Positions 41,801 to 55,890 of a DNA stretch of 64,000 nt are shown here, in pieces (the stretch's first letter is position 1; each line of letters opens with the position of its first letter). Origin of the DNA: Eledone cirrhosa (lineage: Eukaryota). Under the pieces are notes generated by a model, which was not told where the DNA came from, made no database searches, and saw nothing but the letters and a program-made list of their open reading frames with translations. A program made the translations under genes and the position numbers. The stretch is taken from NCBI GenBank assembly GCA_964016885.1, contig OZ024742.1, positions 235,600,001 through 235,664,000 on the forward strand. The letters run 5' to 3'.

Positions 41801-44800
41801 TGACTGTATCAGAAGTATTGTAGTAGAAAGGTGACTGTATCAGAACTATTGTAGTTGAAAGGTGACTGTATCAGAACTATTGTAGTGGAAAGGTGACTGT
41901 ATCAGAACTATTGTAGTTGAAAGGTGACTGCATCCGAAATTTTGTAGTTGAAAGTCGACTGTATCCGAAGTATTGTAGTTGAAAGGTGACTGTATCAGAA
42001 CTATTGTGAGATGGAAGGTGACTCTATCAGAACTATTGTAGTTGAAAGGTGACTGTATCAGAACTATTGTAGTAGAAAGGTGACTGTATCAGAACTATTG
42101 TTGTTGAAAGGTGAGTGTATCAGAACTATTGTAGTTGAAAGGTGACTGTATCAGAACTATTGTAGTAGAAAGGTGACTGTATCAGAACTATTGTAGTTGA
42201 AAGGTGACTGTATCAGAACTATTGTAGTGGAAAGGTGACTGTATCAGAACTATTGTAGTAGAAAGGTGACTGTATCAGAACTATTGTAGTGGAAAGGTGA
42301 CTGTATCAGAACTAATGTAGTTGAAAGGTGACTGTATCAGAACTATTGTAGTTGAAAGGTGACTGTATCAGAACTATTGTAGTAGAAAGGTGACTGTATC
42401 AGAACTAATGTAGTAGAAAGGTGACTGTATCAAACTAATGTAGTTGATAGGTGACTGTATCAGAAATAATGTAGTTGAAAGGTGACTGTATCAGAACTAA
42501 TGTAGTTGATAGGTGACTGTATCAGAACTACTGTAGTTGAAAGGTGACTGTATCAGAAATAATGTAGTTGAAAGGTGACTGTATCAGAACTATTGTAGTT
42601 GAAAGGTGACTGTATCAGAACTATTGTAGATGAAAGGTGACTGTATCAGAGCTATTGTAGTTGAAAGGTGACTGTATCAGAACTATTGTAGTTGAAAGGT
42701 GACTGTATCAGAACCATTTTGCGATGGAAGGTGACTGTATCAGTACTATTGTGAAATGGAAGGTGAATGTATGAGAACTATTGTGAGATGGAAGGTGACT
42801 GTATCAGAAATATTGTTGATGGAAGGTGACTGTATCAGAACTATTGTGAGATGGAAGGTGACTGTAACAGAACTATTGTGAGATGGAAGGTGACTGTATC
42901 AGAACCAATGTGAGATGGAAGGTGACTGTATCAGAACTATTGTTAGATGAAAGGTGACTGTATCAGAACTATTGTCAGATGGAAGGTGACTGTATCAGAA
43001 CTAATGTGAGATGGAAGGTGACTGTAACAGAACTATTGTGAGATGGAAGGTGACTGTATCAGTACTATTGTAAAATGGAAGATGACTGTATGAGATCTAT
43101 GGTGAGATGGAAGGTGACTGTATCAGAACTATTGCGAAATGGACGTTGACTGTATCAGAACCAATGTGAGATGGAAGGTGACTGTATCAGATCCTATTAT
43201 GAGGTGGAAGGTGACTTTAACAGAACTATTGTGAGATGGAAGTTGACTGTATCAGAACTAATGTGAGATGGAAGGTGACTGTATTAGAACTATTATGAGA
43301 TGAAAGGTGACTGTAACAGAACTATTGTGAGATGGAAGTTGACTGTATCAGAACTATTGTTGATGGAAGGTGACTGTATCAGAACTATTGTGAGATGGAA
43401 GGTGACTGTAACAGAACTAATGTGAGACGGAAGGTGACTGTATCAGAACTATTGTGGGATGGAAGTTGACTGTAACAGAACTATTGTGAGATGGAAGGTT
43501 ACTGTAACAGAACTATTGTGAGATGGAAGGTGACTGTATCAGAACTATTGTGAGATGGAAGGTGATGGTAAAAGAGCTAATGTGAGATGGAAGGTGACTG
43601 TAACAGAACTATTGTGAGATGGAAGGTGACTGTATCAGAACTATTGTGAGATGGAAGGTGACTGTAACAGAACTATTGTGGGATAGAGGGTGACTGTAAC
43701 AGAACAATTATGAGGTGGAAGGTGACTGTAACAGAACTATTGTGAGATGGAAGGTGACTGTATGAGAACTATGTGAGATGGAAGGTGACTGTATCAGAAC
43801 TATTGTGCGATGGAAGGTGACTGTATCAGAACTAATGTGAGATAGAAGGTGACTGTAACAGAACTATTGTGAGATGGAAGGTGACTGTAACAGAACTATT
43901 GTAGTGGAAAGGTGACTGTATCAGAACTATTGTAGTTGAAAGGTGACTCTATCAGAATTATTGTAGTGGAAAGGTGACTGTATCAGAACTAATGTAGTTG
44001 AAAGGTGACTGTATCATAACTAATGTAGTTGAAAGGTGACTGTATAAGAACTAATGTAGTTGAAAGGTGACTGTATCAGAACTATTGTAGTAGAAAGGTG
44101 ACTGTATCAGAACTATTGTAGTGTAAAGGTGACTGTATCAGAACTAATGTAGTTGAAAGGTGACTGTATCAGAACTATTGTAGTGTAAAGGTGACTGTAT
44201 CAGAACTAATGTAGTTGAAAGGTGACTGTATCAGAACTATTGTAGTTGAAAGGTGACAGTATCAGAACTATTGTAGTGGAAAGGTGACTGTATCAGAACT
44301 ATTGTAGTTGAAAGGTGACTGTATCAGAACTATTGTAGTTGAAAGGTGACTGTATCAGAACTATTGTAGTTGAAAGGTGACTGTATCAGAACTATTGTGA
44401 GATGGAAGGTGACTGTATCAGAACTATTGTAGTGGAAAGGTGACTGTATCAGAACTATTGTGAGCTGGAAGGTGACTGTATCAGAACTATTGTGAGATAG
44501 AAGGTGACTCTATCAGAACTATTGTGAGATAGAAGGTGACTGTATGAGAACTATTGTTGTTGAAAGGTGACTGTATCAGAACTAATGTAGTAGATAGGTG
44601 ACTGTATCAGAACTAATGTAGTTGAAAGATGAATGTATCAGATCTATCGTAGTTGAAAGGTGACTGTATCAGAACTATTGTAGTTGAAAGGTGACTGTAT
44701 CAGAACTATTGTGAGATGGAAGGTGACTGTATCAGAACTATTGTGAGATAGAAGGTGACTGTATCAGAACTATTGTGAGATAGAAGGTGACTGTATGAGA

Positions 44801-47553
44801 ACTATTGTTGTTGAAAGGTGACTGTATCAGAACTAATGTAGTAGAAAGGTGACTGTATCAGAAATATTATAGTAGAAATGTGACTGTATCAGAACTAATG
44901 TAGTTGAAAGATGACTGTATCAGAACTATTGTAGTTGAAAGGTGACAGTATCAGAACTATTGTGAGATGGAAGGTGACTGTATCAGAACTATTGTTGTTG
45001 AAATGTGACTGTATCAGAACTATTGTAGTTGAAAGGTGACTGTATCAGAACTAATGTAGTTGAAATGTGACTGTATCAGAACTATTGTAGTTGAAAGGTG
45101 ACTGTATCGGAACTATTGTAGTTGAAAGGTGACTGTATCAGAACTAATGTAGTTGAAAGGTGACTGTATAAGAACTATTGTAGTAGAAAGGTGGCTGTAT
45201 CAGAACTAATGTAGTGTAAAGGTGACTGTATCAGAACTATTGTGAGATGGAAGGTGACTGTATCAGAACTATTGTAGTGGAAAGGTGACTGTATAAGAAC
45301 TATTGTAGTTGAAAGGTGACTGTATAAGAGCTAACGTAGTTGAAAGGTGACTTTATCAGAAATATTGTAGTTGAAAGGTGACTGTATGAGAACTAATGTA
45401 GTGGGAAAGGTGACTGTATCAGAACTAATGTAGTTGAAAGGTGACTGTATAACAATTAATTTAGTCGAAAGGTGACTGTATCAGAACTATTGTAGTTGAA
45501 AGGTGACTGTATCAGAATTATTGTAGTAGAAAGGTGACTGTATCAGAACTAATATAGTTGAAAGGTGACTGTATCAGAAATATTGTGAGATGGAAGGTGA
45601 CTGTATCAGAACTATTGTAGTGGAAAGGTGACTATATAAGAACTATTGTAGTTGAAAGGTGACTGTATCAGAAGTATTGTAGTTGAAAGGTGACTGTATC
45701 GGAACTAATGTAGTTGAAAGGTGACTGTATCAGAACTAACGTTGTTGAAATGTGACTGTATCAGAATTAATGTAGTTGAAAGGTGACCGTATAAGAATTA
45801 ATGTAGTTGAAAGGTGACTGTATCAGAGCTATTGTAGTTGAAAGGTGACTGTATGAGAACTATTGTAGTTGATAGGTGACTGTATCAGAACTATTGTAGT
45901 TGAAAGGTGACTGTATCAGAACTAACGTTGTTGAAAGGTGACTGTATCAGAACTATTGTAGTTGAAAGGTGACTGTATGAGAACTATTGTAGTTGATAGG
46001 TGACTGTATCAGAACTATTGTAGTTGAAAGGTGACTGTATCAGAACTATTGTAGTTGAAAGGTGACTGTATCAGAACTATTGTAGTTGAAAGGTGACTGT
46101 ATCAGAGCTATTGTAGTTGAAAGGTGACTGTATCAGAACTATTGTGCGAAGGAAGGTCACTGTATCAGAACTAATGTGAGATAGAAGGTGACTGTAACAG
46201 AGCTATTGTGGGATGGAAGGTGACTGTATGAGAACTATTGTGAGATGGAAGGTGACTGTATGAGAACTATTGTGTGATGGAAGGTGACTGTAACAGAACT
46301 ATTGTGAGATGGAAGGTGACTGTATGAGAACTATTGTGAGATGGAAGGTGACTGTAACAGAACTATTGTGAGATGGAAGGTGACTGTAACAGAACTATTG
46401 TGAGATGGAGGTGACTGTATGAGAACTATTGTGAGATGGAAGGTGACTGTAACAGAACTATTGTGAGATGGAAGGTGACTGTAACAGAACTATTGTGGGA
46501 TGGAAGGTGACTGTATCAGAACTATTGTGAGATGGAAGGTGACTGTAACAGAACTATTGTGAGATGGAAGGTGACTGTATCAGAACTATTGTGAGATGGA
46601 AGGTGACTGTATCAGAACTATTGTGAGATGGAAGGTGACTGTATCAGAACTATTGTAGTTGAAAGGTGTCTGTATCTGAACTATTGTAGTTGAAAGGTGA
46701 CTGTATCAGAACTATTGTAGTAGAAAGGTGACCGTATCAGAAATATTGTAGTTGAAAGGTGACTGTATCAGAACTATTGTAGTGGAAAGGTGACTGTATC
46801 AGACCTATTGTAATTGAAAGGTGACTGTATCAGAACTATTGTAGTAGAAAGGTGACTGTATCAGAACTATTGTAGTTGAAAGGTGACTGTATCAGAACTA
46901 TTGTAGTGGAAAGGTGACTGTATCAGAACTATTGTAGTAGAAAGGTGACTGTATCAGAACTATTGTAGTGGAAAGGTGACTGTATCAGAACTAATGTAGT
47001 TGAAAGGTGACTGTATCAGAACTAATGTAGTTGATAGGTGACTGTATCAGAACTACTGTAGTTGAAAGGTGACTGTATCAGAACTATTGTAGTTGAAAGG
47101 TGACTGTATCAGAACTATTGTAGTTGAAAGGTGACTGTATCAGAGCTATTGTAGTTGAAAGGTGACTGTATCAGAACTATTGTAGTTGAAAGGTGACTGT
47201 ATCAGAACTATTTTGCGATGGAAGGTGACTGTATCAGTACTATTGTGAAATGGAAGGTGAATGTATGAGAACTATTGTGAGATGGAAGGTGACTGTATCA
47301 GAACTATTGTTGATGGAAGGTGACTGTAACAGAACTATTGTGAGATGGAAGGTGACTGTATCAGAACCAATGTGAGATGGAAGGTGACTGTATCAGAACT
47401 ATTGTTAGATGAAAGGTGACTGTATCAGAACTATTGTCAGATGGAAGGTGACTGTATCAGAACTAATGTGAGATGGAAGGTGACTGTAACAGAACTATTG
47501 TGAGATGGAAGGTGACTGTATCAGTACTATTGTGAAATGGAAGATGACTGTAT
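26877..47553 (+). repeat. 10.38-kb tandem duplication 2 (26877-37256 repeated at 37257-47553)
   Basis: Offset 10380 for CACAACAATT (26950/37330), AGAGCTCACG (28090/38470), TTGATTGTAT (30001/40381) and AAAGTCGACT (31571/41951); 10381 after a 1-bp insertion near 43192; 10288 after net loss of three monomers (35163/45451, 35856/46144, 36923/47211). Confidence 0.95.
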
Positions 47554-50500
47554 GAGATCTATGGTGAGATGGAAGGTGACTGTATCAGAACTATTGCGAA
47601 ATGGACGTTGACTGTATCAGAACCAACGTGAGATGGAAGGTGACTGTATCAGAACTATTATGAGGTGGAAGGTGACTGTAACAGAACTATTGTGAGATGG
47701 AAGTTGACTGTATCAGAACTAATGTGAGATGGAAGGTGACTGTATTAGAACTATTATGAGGTGAAAGGTGACTGTAACAGAACTATTGTGAGATGGAAGT
47801 TGACTGTATCAGAACTATTGTTGATGGAAGGTGACTGTATCAGAACTATTGTGAGATGGAAGGTGACTGTAACAGAACAGATGTGAGACGGAAGGTGACT
47901 GTATCAGAACTATTGTGGGATGGAAGTTGACTGTAACAGAACTATTGTGAGATGGAAGGTTACTGTAACAGAACTATTGTGAGATGGAAGGTGACTGTAT
48001 CAGAACTATTGTGAGATGAAAGGTGACTGTATCAGAACTATTGTGAGATGGAAGGTGACTGTATCAGAACTATTGTGAGATGGAAGGTGATGGTAAAAGA
48101 ACTAATGTGAGATGGAAGGTGACTGTAACAGAACTATTGTGAGGTGGAAGGTGACTGTAACAGAACTATTGTAGTGGAAAGGTGACTGTATCAGAACTAT
48201 TGTAGTTGAAAGGTGATTGTATCAGAACTATTGTAGTGGAAAGGTGACTGTATCAGAACTAATGTAGTTGAAAGGTGACTGTATCAGAACTAATGTAGTT
48301 GAAAGGTGACTGTATAAGAACTAATGTAGTTGAAAGGTGACTGTATCAGAACTATTGTAGTAGAAAGGTGACTGTATCAGAACTATTGTGAGATAGAAGG
48401 TAACTGTATCAGAACTATTGTGAGATAGAAGGTGACTGTATCAGAACTATTGTTGTTGAAAGGTGACTGTATCAGAGCTATTGTAGTTGAAAGGTGACTG
48501 TATCAGAACTATTGTGCGAAGGAAGGTCACTGTATCAGAACTAATGTGAGATAGAAGGTGACTGTAACAGAGCTATTGTGGGATGGAAGGTGACTGTATC
48601 AGAACTATTGTGAGATGGAAGGTGACTGTATGAGAACTATTGTGTGATGGAAGGTGACTGTAACAGAACTATTGTGAGATGGAAGGTGACTGTATGAGAA
48701 CTATTGTGAGATGGAAGGTGACTGTAACAGAACTATTGTGAGATGGAAGGTGACTGTAACAGAACTATTGTGAGATGGAGGTGACTGTATGAGAACTATT
48801 GTGAGATGGAAGGTGACTGTAACAGAAATATTGTGAGATGGAAGGTGACTGTAACAGAACTATTGTGGGATGGAAGGTGACTGTATCAGAACTATTGTGA
48901 GATGGAAGGTGACTGTAACAGAACTATTGTGAGATGGAAGGTGACTGTATCAGAACTATTGTAGTAGAAAGGTGACTGTATCAGAACTATTGTGAGATAG
49001 AAGGTGACTGTATCAGAACTATTGTGAGATAGAAGGTGACTGTATGAGAACTATTGTTGTTGAAAGGTGACTGTATCAGAGCTATTGTAGTTGAAAGGTG
49101 ACTGTATCAGAACTATTGTGCGAAGGAAGGTCACTGTATCAGAACTAATGTGAGATAGAAGGTGACTGTAACAGAGCTATTGTGGGATGGAAGGTGACTG
49201 TATGAGAACTATTGTGAGATGGAAGGTGACTGTAACAGAACTATTGTGAGATGGAAGGTGACTGTAACAGAACTATTGTGAGATGGAGGTGACTGTAACA
49301 GAACTATTGTGAGATGGAGGTGACTGTATGAGAACTATTGTGAGATGGAAGGTGACTGTAACAGAACTATTGTGAGATGGAAGGTGACTGTAACAGAACT
49401 ATTGTGGGATGGAAGGTGACTGTATCAGAACTATTGTGAGATGGAAGATGACTGTAACAGAACTATTGTGAGATGGAAGGTGACTGTATCAGAACTATTG
49501 TGAGATGGAAGGTGACTGTATCAGAACTATTGTGAGATGGAAGGTGACTGTATCAGAACTATTGTAGTTGAAAGGTGTCTGTATCTGAACTATTGTAGTT
49601 GAAAGGTGACTGTATCAGAACTATTGTAGTAGAAAGGTGACCGTATCAGAAATATTGTAGTTGAAAGGTGACTGTATCAGAACTATTGTAGTGGAAAGGT
49701 GACTGTATCAGACCTATTGTAATTGAAAGGTGACTGTATCAGAACTATTGTAGTAGAAAGGTGACTGTATCAGAACTATTGTAGTTGAAAGGTGACTGTA
49801 TCAGAACTATTGTAGTGGAAAGGTGACTGTATCAGAACTATTGTAGTAGAAAGGTGACTGTATCAGAACTATTGTAGTGGAAAGGTGACTGTATCAGAAC
49901 TAATGTAGTTGAAAGGTGACTGTATCAGAACTAATGTAGTTGATAGGTGACTGTATCAGAACTACTGTAGTTGAAAGGTGACTGTATCAGAACTATTGTA
50001 GTTGAAAGGTGACTGTATCAGAACTATTGTAGTTGAAAGGTGACTGTATCAGAGCTATTGTAGTTGAAAGGTGACTGTATCAGAACTATTGTAGTTGAAA
50101 GGTGACTGTATCAGAACTATTTTGCGATGGAAGGTGACTGTATCAGTACTATTGTGAAATGGAAGGTGAATGTATGAGAACTATTGTGAGATGGAAGGTG
50201 ACTGTATCAGAACTATTGTTGATGGAAGGTGACTGTATCAGAACTATTGTGAGATGGAAGGTGACTGTAACAGAACTATTGTGAGATGGAAGGTGACTGT
50301 ATCAGAACCAATGTGAGATGGAAGGTGACTGTATCAGAACTATTGTTAGATGAAAGGTGACTGTATCAGAACTATTGTCAGATGGAAGGTGACTGTATCA
50401 GAACTAATGTGAGATGGAAGGTGACTGTAACAGAACTATTGTGAGATGGAAGGTGACTGTATCAGTACTATTGTGAAATGGAAGATGACTGTATGAGATC

Positions 50501-53500
50501 TATGGTGAGATGGAAGGTGACTGTATCAGAACTATTGCGAAATGGACGTTGACTGTATCAGAACCAACGTGAGATGGAAGGTGACTGTATCAGAACTATT
50601 ATGAGGTGGAAGGTGACTGTAACAGAACTATTGTGAGATGGAAGTTGACTGTATCAGAACTATTGTTGATGGAAGGTGACTGTATCAGAACTATTGTGAG
50701 ATGGAAGGTGACTGTAACAGAACAGATGTGAGACGGATGGTGACTGTATCAGAACTATTGTGGGATGGAAGTTGACTGTAACAGAACTATTGTGAGATGG
50801 AAGGTTACTGTAACAGAACTATTGTGAGATGGAAGGTGACTGTATCAGAACTATTGTGAGATGAAAGGTGACTGTATCAGAACTATTGTGAGATGGAAGG
50901 TGACTGTATCAGAACTATTGTGAGATGGAAGGTGATGGTAAAAGAACTAATGTGAGATGGAAGGTGACTGTAACAGAACTATTGTGAGATGGAAGGTGAC
51001 TGTAACAGAACTATTGTAGTGGAAAGGTGACTGTATCAGAACTATTGTAGTTGAAAGGTGATTGTATCAGAACTATTGTAGTGGAAAGGTGACTGTATCA
51101 GAACTAATGTAGTTGAAAGGTGACTGTATCAGAACTAATGTAGTTGAAAGGTGACTGTATAAGAACTAATGTAGTTGAAAGGTGACTGTATCAGAACTAT
51201 TGTAGTAGAAAGGTGACTGTATCAGAACTATTGTGAGATAGAAGGTGACTGTATCAGAACTATTGTGAGATAGAAGGTGACTGTATGAGAACTATTGTTG
51301 TTGAAAGGTGACTGTATCAGAGCTATTGTAGTTGAAAGGTGACTGTATCAGAACTATTGTGCGAAGGAAGGTCACTGTATCAGAACTAATGTGAGATAGA
51401 AGGTGACTGTAACAGAGCTATTGTGGGATGGAAGGTGACTGTATCAGAACTATTGTGAGATGGAAGGTGACTGTATGAGAACTATTGTGTGATGGAAGGT
51501 GACTGTAACAGAACTATTGTGAGATGGAAGGTGACTGTATGAGAACTATTGTGAGATGGAAGGTGACTGTAACAGAACTATTGTGAGATGGAAGGTGACT
51601 GTAACAGAACTATTGTGAGATGGAGGTGACTGTATGAGAACTATTGTGAGATGGAAGGTGACTGTAACAGAACTATTGTGAGATGGAAGGTGACTGTAAC
51701 AGAACTATTGTGGGATGGAAGGTGACTGTATCAGAACTATTGTGAGATGGAAGGTGACTGTAACAGAACTATTGTGAGATGGAAGGTGACTGTATCAGAA
51801 CTATTGTGAGATGGAAGGTGACTGTATCAGAACTATTGTGAGATGGAAGGTGACTGTATCAGAACTATTGTAGTTGAAAGGTGTCTGTATCTGAACTATT
51901 GTAGTTGAAAGGTGACTCTATCAGAACTATTGTAGTGGAAAGGTGACTGTATCAGAACTATTGTAATTGAAAGGTGACTGTATCAGAACTATTGTTGTAG
52001 AAAGGTGACTGTATCAGAACTATTGTAGTTGAAAGGTGACTGTATCCGAACTATTGTAGTGGAAAGGTGACTGTATCAGAACTATTGTAGTAGAAAGGTG
52101 ACTGTATCAGAGCTATTGTAGTGGAAAGGTGACTGTATCAGAACTAATGTAGTTGAAAGGTGACTGTATCAGAACTAATGTAGTTGATAGGTGACTGTAT
52201 CAGAACTACTGTAGTTGAAAGGTGACTGTATCAGAACTATTGTAGTTGAAAGGTGACTGTATCAGAACTATTGTAGTTGAAAGGTGACTGTATCAGAGCT
52301 ATCGTAGTTGAAAGGTGACTGTATCAGAACTATTGTAGTTGAAAGGTGACTGTATCAGAACTATTTTGCAATGGAAGGTGACTGTATCAGTACTATTGTG
52401 AAATGGAAGGTGAATGTATGAGAACTATTTTGAGATGGAAGGTGACTGTATCAGAACTATTGTTGATTGAAGGTGACTGTATCAGAACTATTGTGAGATG
52501 GAAGGTGACTGTAACAGAACTATTGTGAGATGGAAGGTGACTGTATCAGAACCAATGTGAGATGGAAGGTGACTGTATCAGAACTATTGTTAGATGAAAG
52601 GTGACTGTATCAGAACTATTGTCAGATAGAAGGTGACTGTATCAGAACTAATGTGAGATGGAAGGTGACTGTAACAGAACTATTGTGAGATGGAAGGTGA
52701 CTGTATCAGTACTATTGTGAAATGGAAGATGACTGTATGAGATCTATGGTGAGATGGAAGGTGACTGTATCAGAACTATTGCGAAATGGACGTTGACTGT
52801 ATCAGAACCAACGTGAGATGGAAGGTGACTGTATTAGAACTATTATGAGGTGAAAGGTGACTGTAACAGAACTATTGTGAGATGGAAGTTGACTGTATCA
52901 GAACTATTGTTGATGGAAGGTGACTGTATCAGAACTATTGTGAGATGGAAGGTGACTGTAACAGAACAGATGTGAGACGGAAGGTGACTGTATCAGAACT
53001 ATTGTGGGATGGAAGTTGACTGTAACAGAACTATTGTGAGATGGAAGGTTACTGTAACAGAACTATTGTGAGATGGAAGGTGACTGTATCAGAACTATTG
53101 TGAGATGAAAGGTGACTGTATCAGAACTATTGTGAGATGGAAGGTGACTGTATCAGAACTATTGTGAGATGGAAGGTGATGGTAAAAGAACTAATGTGAG
53201 ATGGAAGGTGACTGTAACAGAACTATTGTGAGATGGAAGGTGACTGTAACAGAACTATTGTAGTGGAAAGGTGACTGTATCAGAACTATTGTAGTTGAAA
53301 GGTGATTGTATCAGAACTATTGTAGTGGAAAGGTGACTGTATCAGAACTAATGTAGTTGAAAGGTGACTGTATCAGAACTAATGTAGTTGAAAGGTGACT
53401 GTATAAGAACTAATGTAGTTGAAAGGTGACTGTATCAGAACTATTGTAGTAGAAAGGTGACTGTATCAGAACTATTGTGAGATAGAAGGTGACTGTATGA

Positions 53501-55890
53501 GAACTATTGTTGTTGAAAGGTGACTGTATCAGAGCTATTGTAGTTGAAAGGTGACTGTATCAGAACTATTGTGCGAAGGAAGGTCACTGTATCAGAACTA
53601 ATGTGAGATAGAAGGTGACTGTAACAGAGCTATTGTGGGATGGAAGGTGACTGTATCAGAACTATTGTGAGATGGAAGGTGACTGTATGAGAACTATTGT
53701 GTGATGGAAGGTGACTGTAACAGAACTATTGTGAGATGGAAGGTGACTGTATGAGAACTATTGTGAGATGGAAGGTGACTGTAACAGAACTATTGTGAGA
53801 TGGAAGGTGACTGTAACAGAACTATTGTGAGATGGAGGTGACTGTATGAGAACTATTGTGAGACGGAAGGTGACTGTAACAGAACTATTGTGAGATGGAA
53901 GGTGACTGTAACAGAACTATTGTGGGATGGAAGGTGACTGTATCAGAACTATTGTGAGATGGAAGGTGACTGTAACAGAACTATTGTGAGATGGAAGGTG
54001 ACTGTATCAGAACTATTGTGAGATGGAAGGTGACTGTATCAGAACTATTGTGAGATGGAAGGTGACTGTATCAGAACTATTGTAGTTGAAAGGTGTCTGT
54101 ATCTGAACTATTGTAGTTGAAAGGTGACTGTATCAGAACTATTGTAGTAGAAAGGTGACTGTATCAGAACTATTGTAGTTGAAAGGTGACTGTATCAGAA
54201 CTATTGTAGTGGAAAGGTGACTGTATCAGAACTATTGTAATTGAAAGGTGACTGTATCAGAACTATTGTTGTAGAAAGGTGACTGTATCAGAACTATTGT
54301 AGTTGAAAGGTGACTGTATCAGAACTATTGTAGTGGAAAGGTGACTGTATCAGAACTATTGTAGTAGAAAGGTGACTGTATCAGAGCTATTGTAGTGGAA
54401 AGGTGACTGTATCAGAACTAATGTAGTTGAAAGGTGACTGTATCAGAACTAATGTAGTTGATAGGTGACTGTATCAGAACTACTGTAGTTGAAAGGTGAC
54501 TGTATCAGAACTATTGTAGTTGAAAGGTGACTGTATCAGAACTATTGTAGTTGAAAGGTGACTGTATCAGAGCTATCGTAGTTGAAAGGTGACTGTATCA
54601 GAACTATTGTAGTTGAAAGGTGACTGTATCAGAACTATTTTGCAATGGAAGGTGACTGTATCAGTACTATTGTGAAATGGAAGGTGAATGTATGAGAACT
54701 ATTTTGAGATGGAAGGTGACTGTATCAGAACTATTGTTGATTGAAGGTGACTGTATCAGAACTATTGTGAGATGGAAGGTGACTGTAACAGAACTATTGT
54801 GAGATGGAAGGTGACTGTATCAGAACCAATGTGAGATGGAAGGTGACTGTATCAGAACTATTGTTAGATGAAAGGTGACTGTATCAGAACTATTGTCAGA
54901 TAGAAGGTGACTGTATCAGAACTAATGTGAGATGGAAGGTGACTGTAACAGAACTATTGTGAGATGGAAGGTGACTGTATCAGTACTATTGTGAAATGGA
55001 AGATGACTGTATGAGATCTATGGTGAGATGGAAGGTGACTGTATCAGAACTATTGCGAAATGGACGTTGACTGTATCAGAACCAACGTGAGATGGAAGGT
55101 GACTGTATCAGAACTATTATGAGGTGGAAGGTGACTGTAACAGAACTATTGTGAGATGGAAGTTGACTGTATCAGAACTAATGTGAGATGGAAGGTGACT
55201 GTATTAGAACTATTATGAGGTGAAAGGTGACTGTAACAGAACTATTGTGAGATGGAAGTTGACTGTATCAGAACTATTGTTGATGGAAGGTGACTGTATC
55301 AGAACAATTGTGAGATGGAAGGTGACTGTAACAGAACAGATGTGAGACGGAAGGTGACTGTATCAGAACTATTGTGGGATGGAAGTTGACTGTAACAGAA
55401 CTATTGTGAGATGGAAGGTTACTGTAACAGAACTATTGTGAGATGGAAGGTGACTGTATCAGAACTATTGTGAGATGGAAGGTGACTGTATCAGAACTAT
55501 TGTGAGATGGAAGGTGACTGTATCAGAACTATTGTGAGATGGAAGGTGATGGTAAAAGAACTAATGTGAGATGGAAGGTGACTGTAACAGAACTATTGTG
55601 AGATGGAAGGTGACTGTATCAGAACTATTGTGAGATGGAAGGTGACTGTAACAGAACTATTGTGGGATAGAGGGTGACTGTAACAGAACAATTATGAGGT
55701 GGAAGGTGACTGTAACAGAACTATTGTGAGATGGAAGGTGACTGTATGAGAACTATGTGAGATGGAAGGTGACCGTATCAGAACTATTGTGCGATGGAAG
55801 GTGACTGTATCAGAACTAATGTGAGATAGAAGGTGACTGTAACAGAACTATTGTGAGATGGAAGGTGACTGTAACAGAACTATTGTAGTG
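46144..55890 (+). repeat. Higher-order repeat of 2.2-2.4 kb, four copies plus a 604-bp partial copy
   Basis: GTGCGAAGGAAGGTCAC at 46144, 48514, 49118, 51359 and 53571; TTTTGC(G/A)ATGG at 47211, 50120, 52364 and 54638; GTGATGGTAAAAGAAC once per full copy. Confidence 0.9.

Noticed and set aside
26877-47553. Long direct repeats as LTRs or a mobile element
   Set aside because: The duplicated units consist solely of satellite monomers, with no internal coding region, terminal motifs or target-site duplication.
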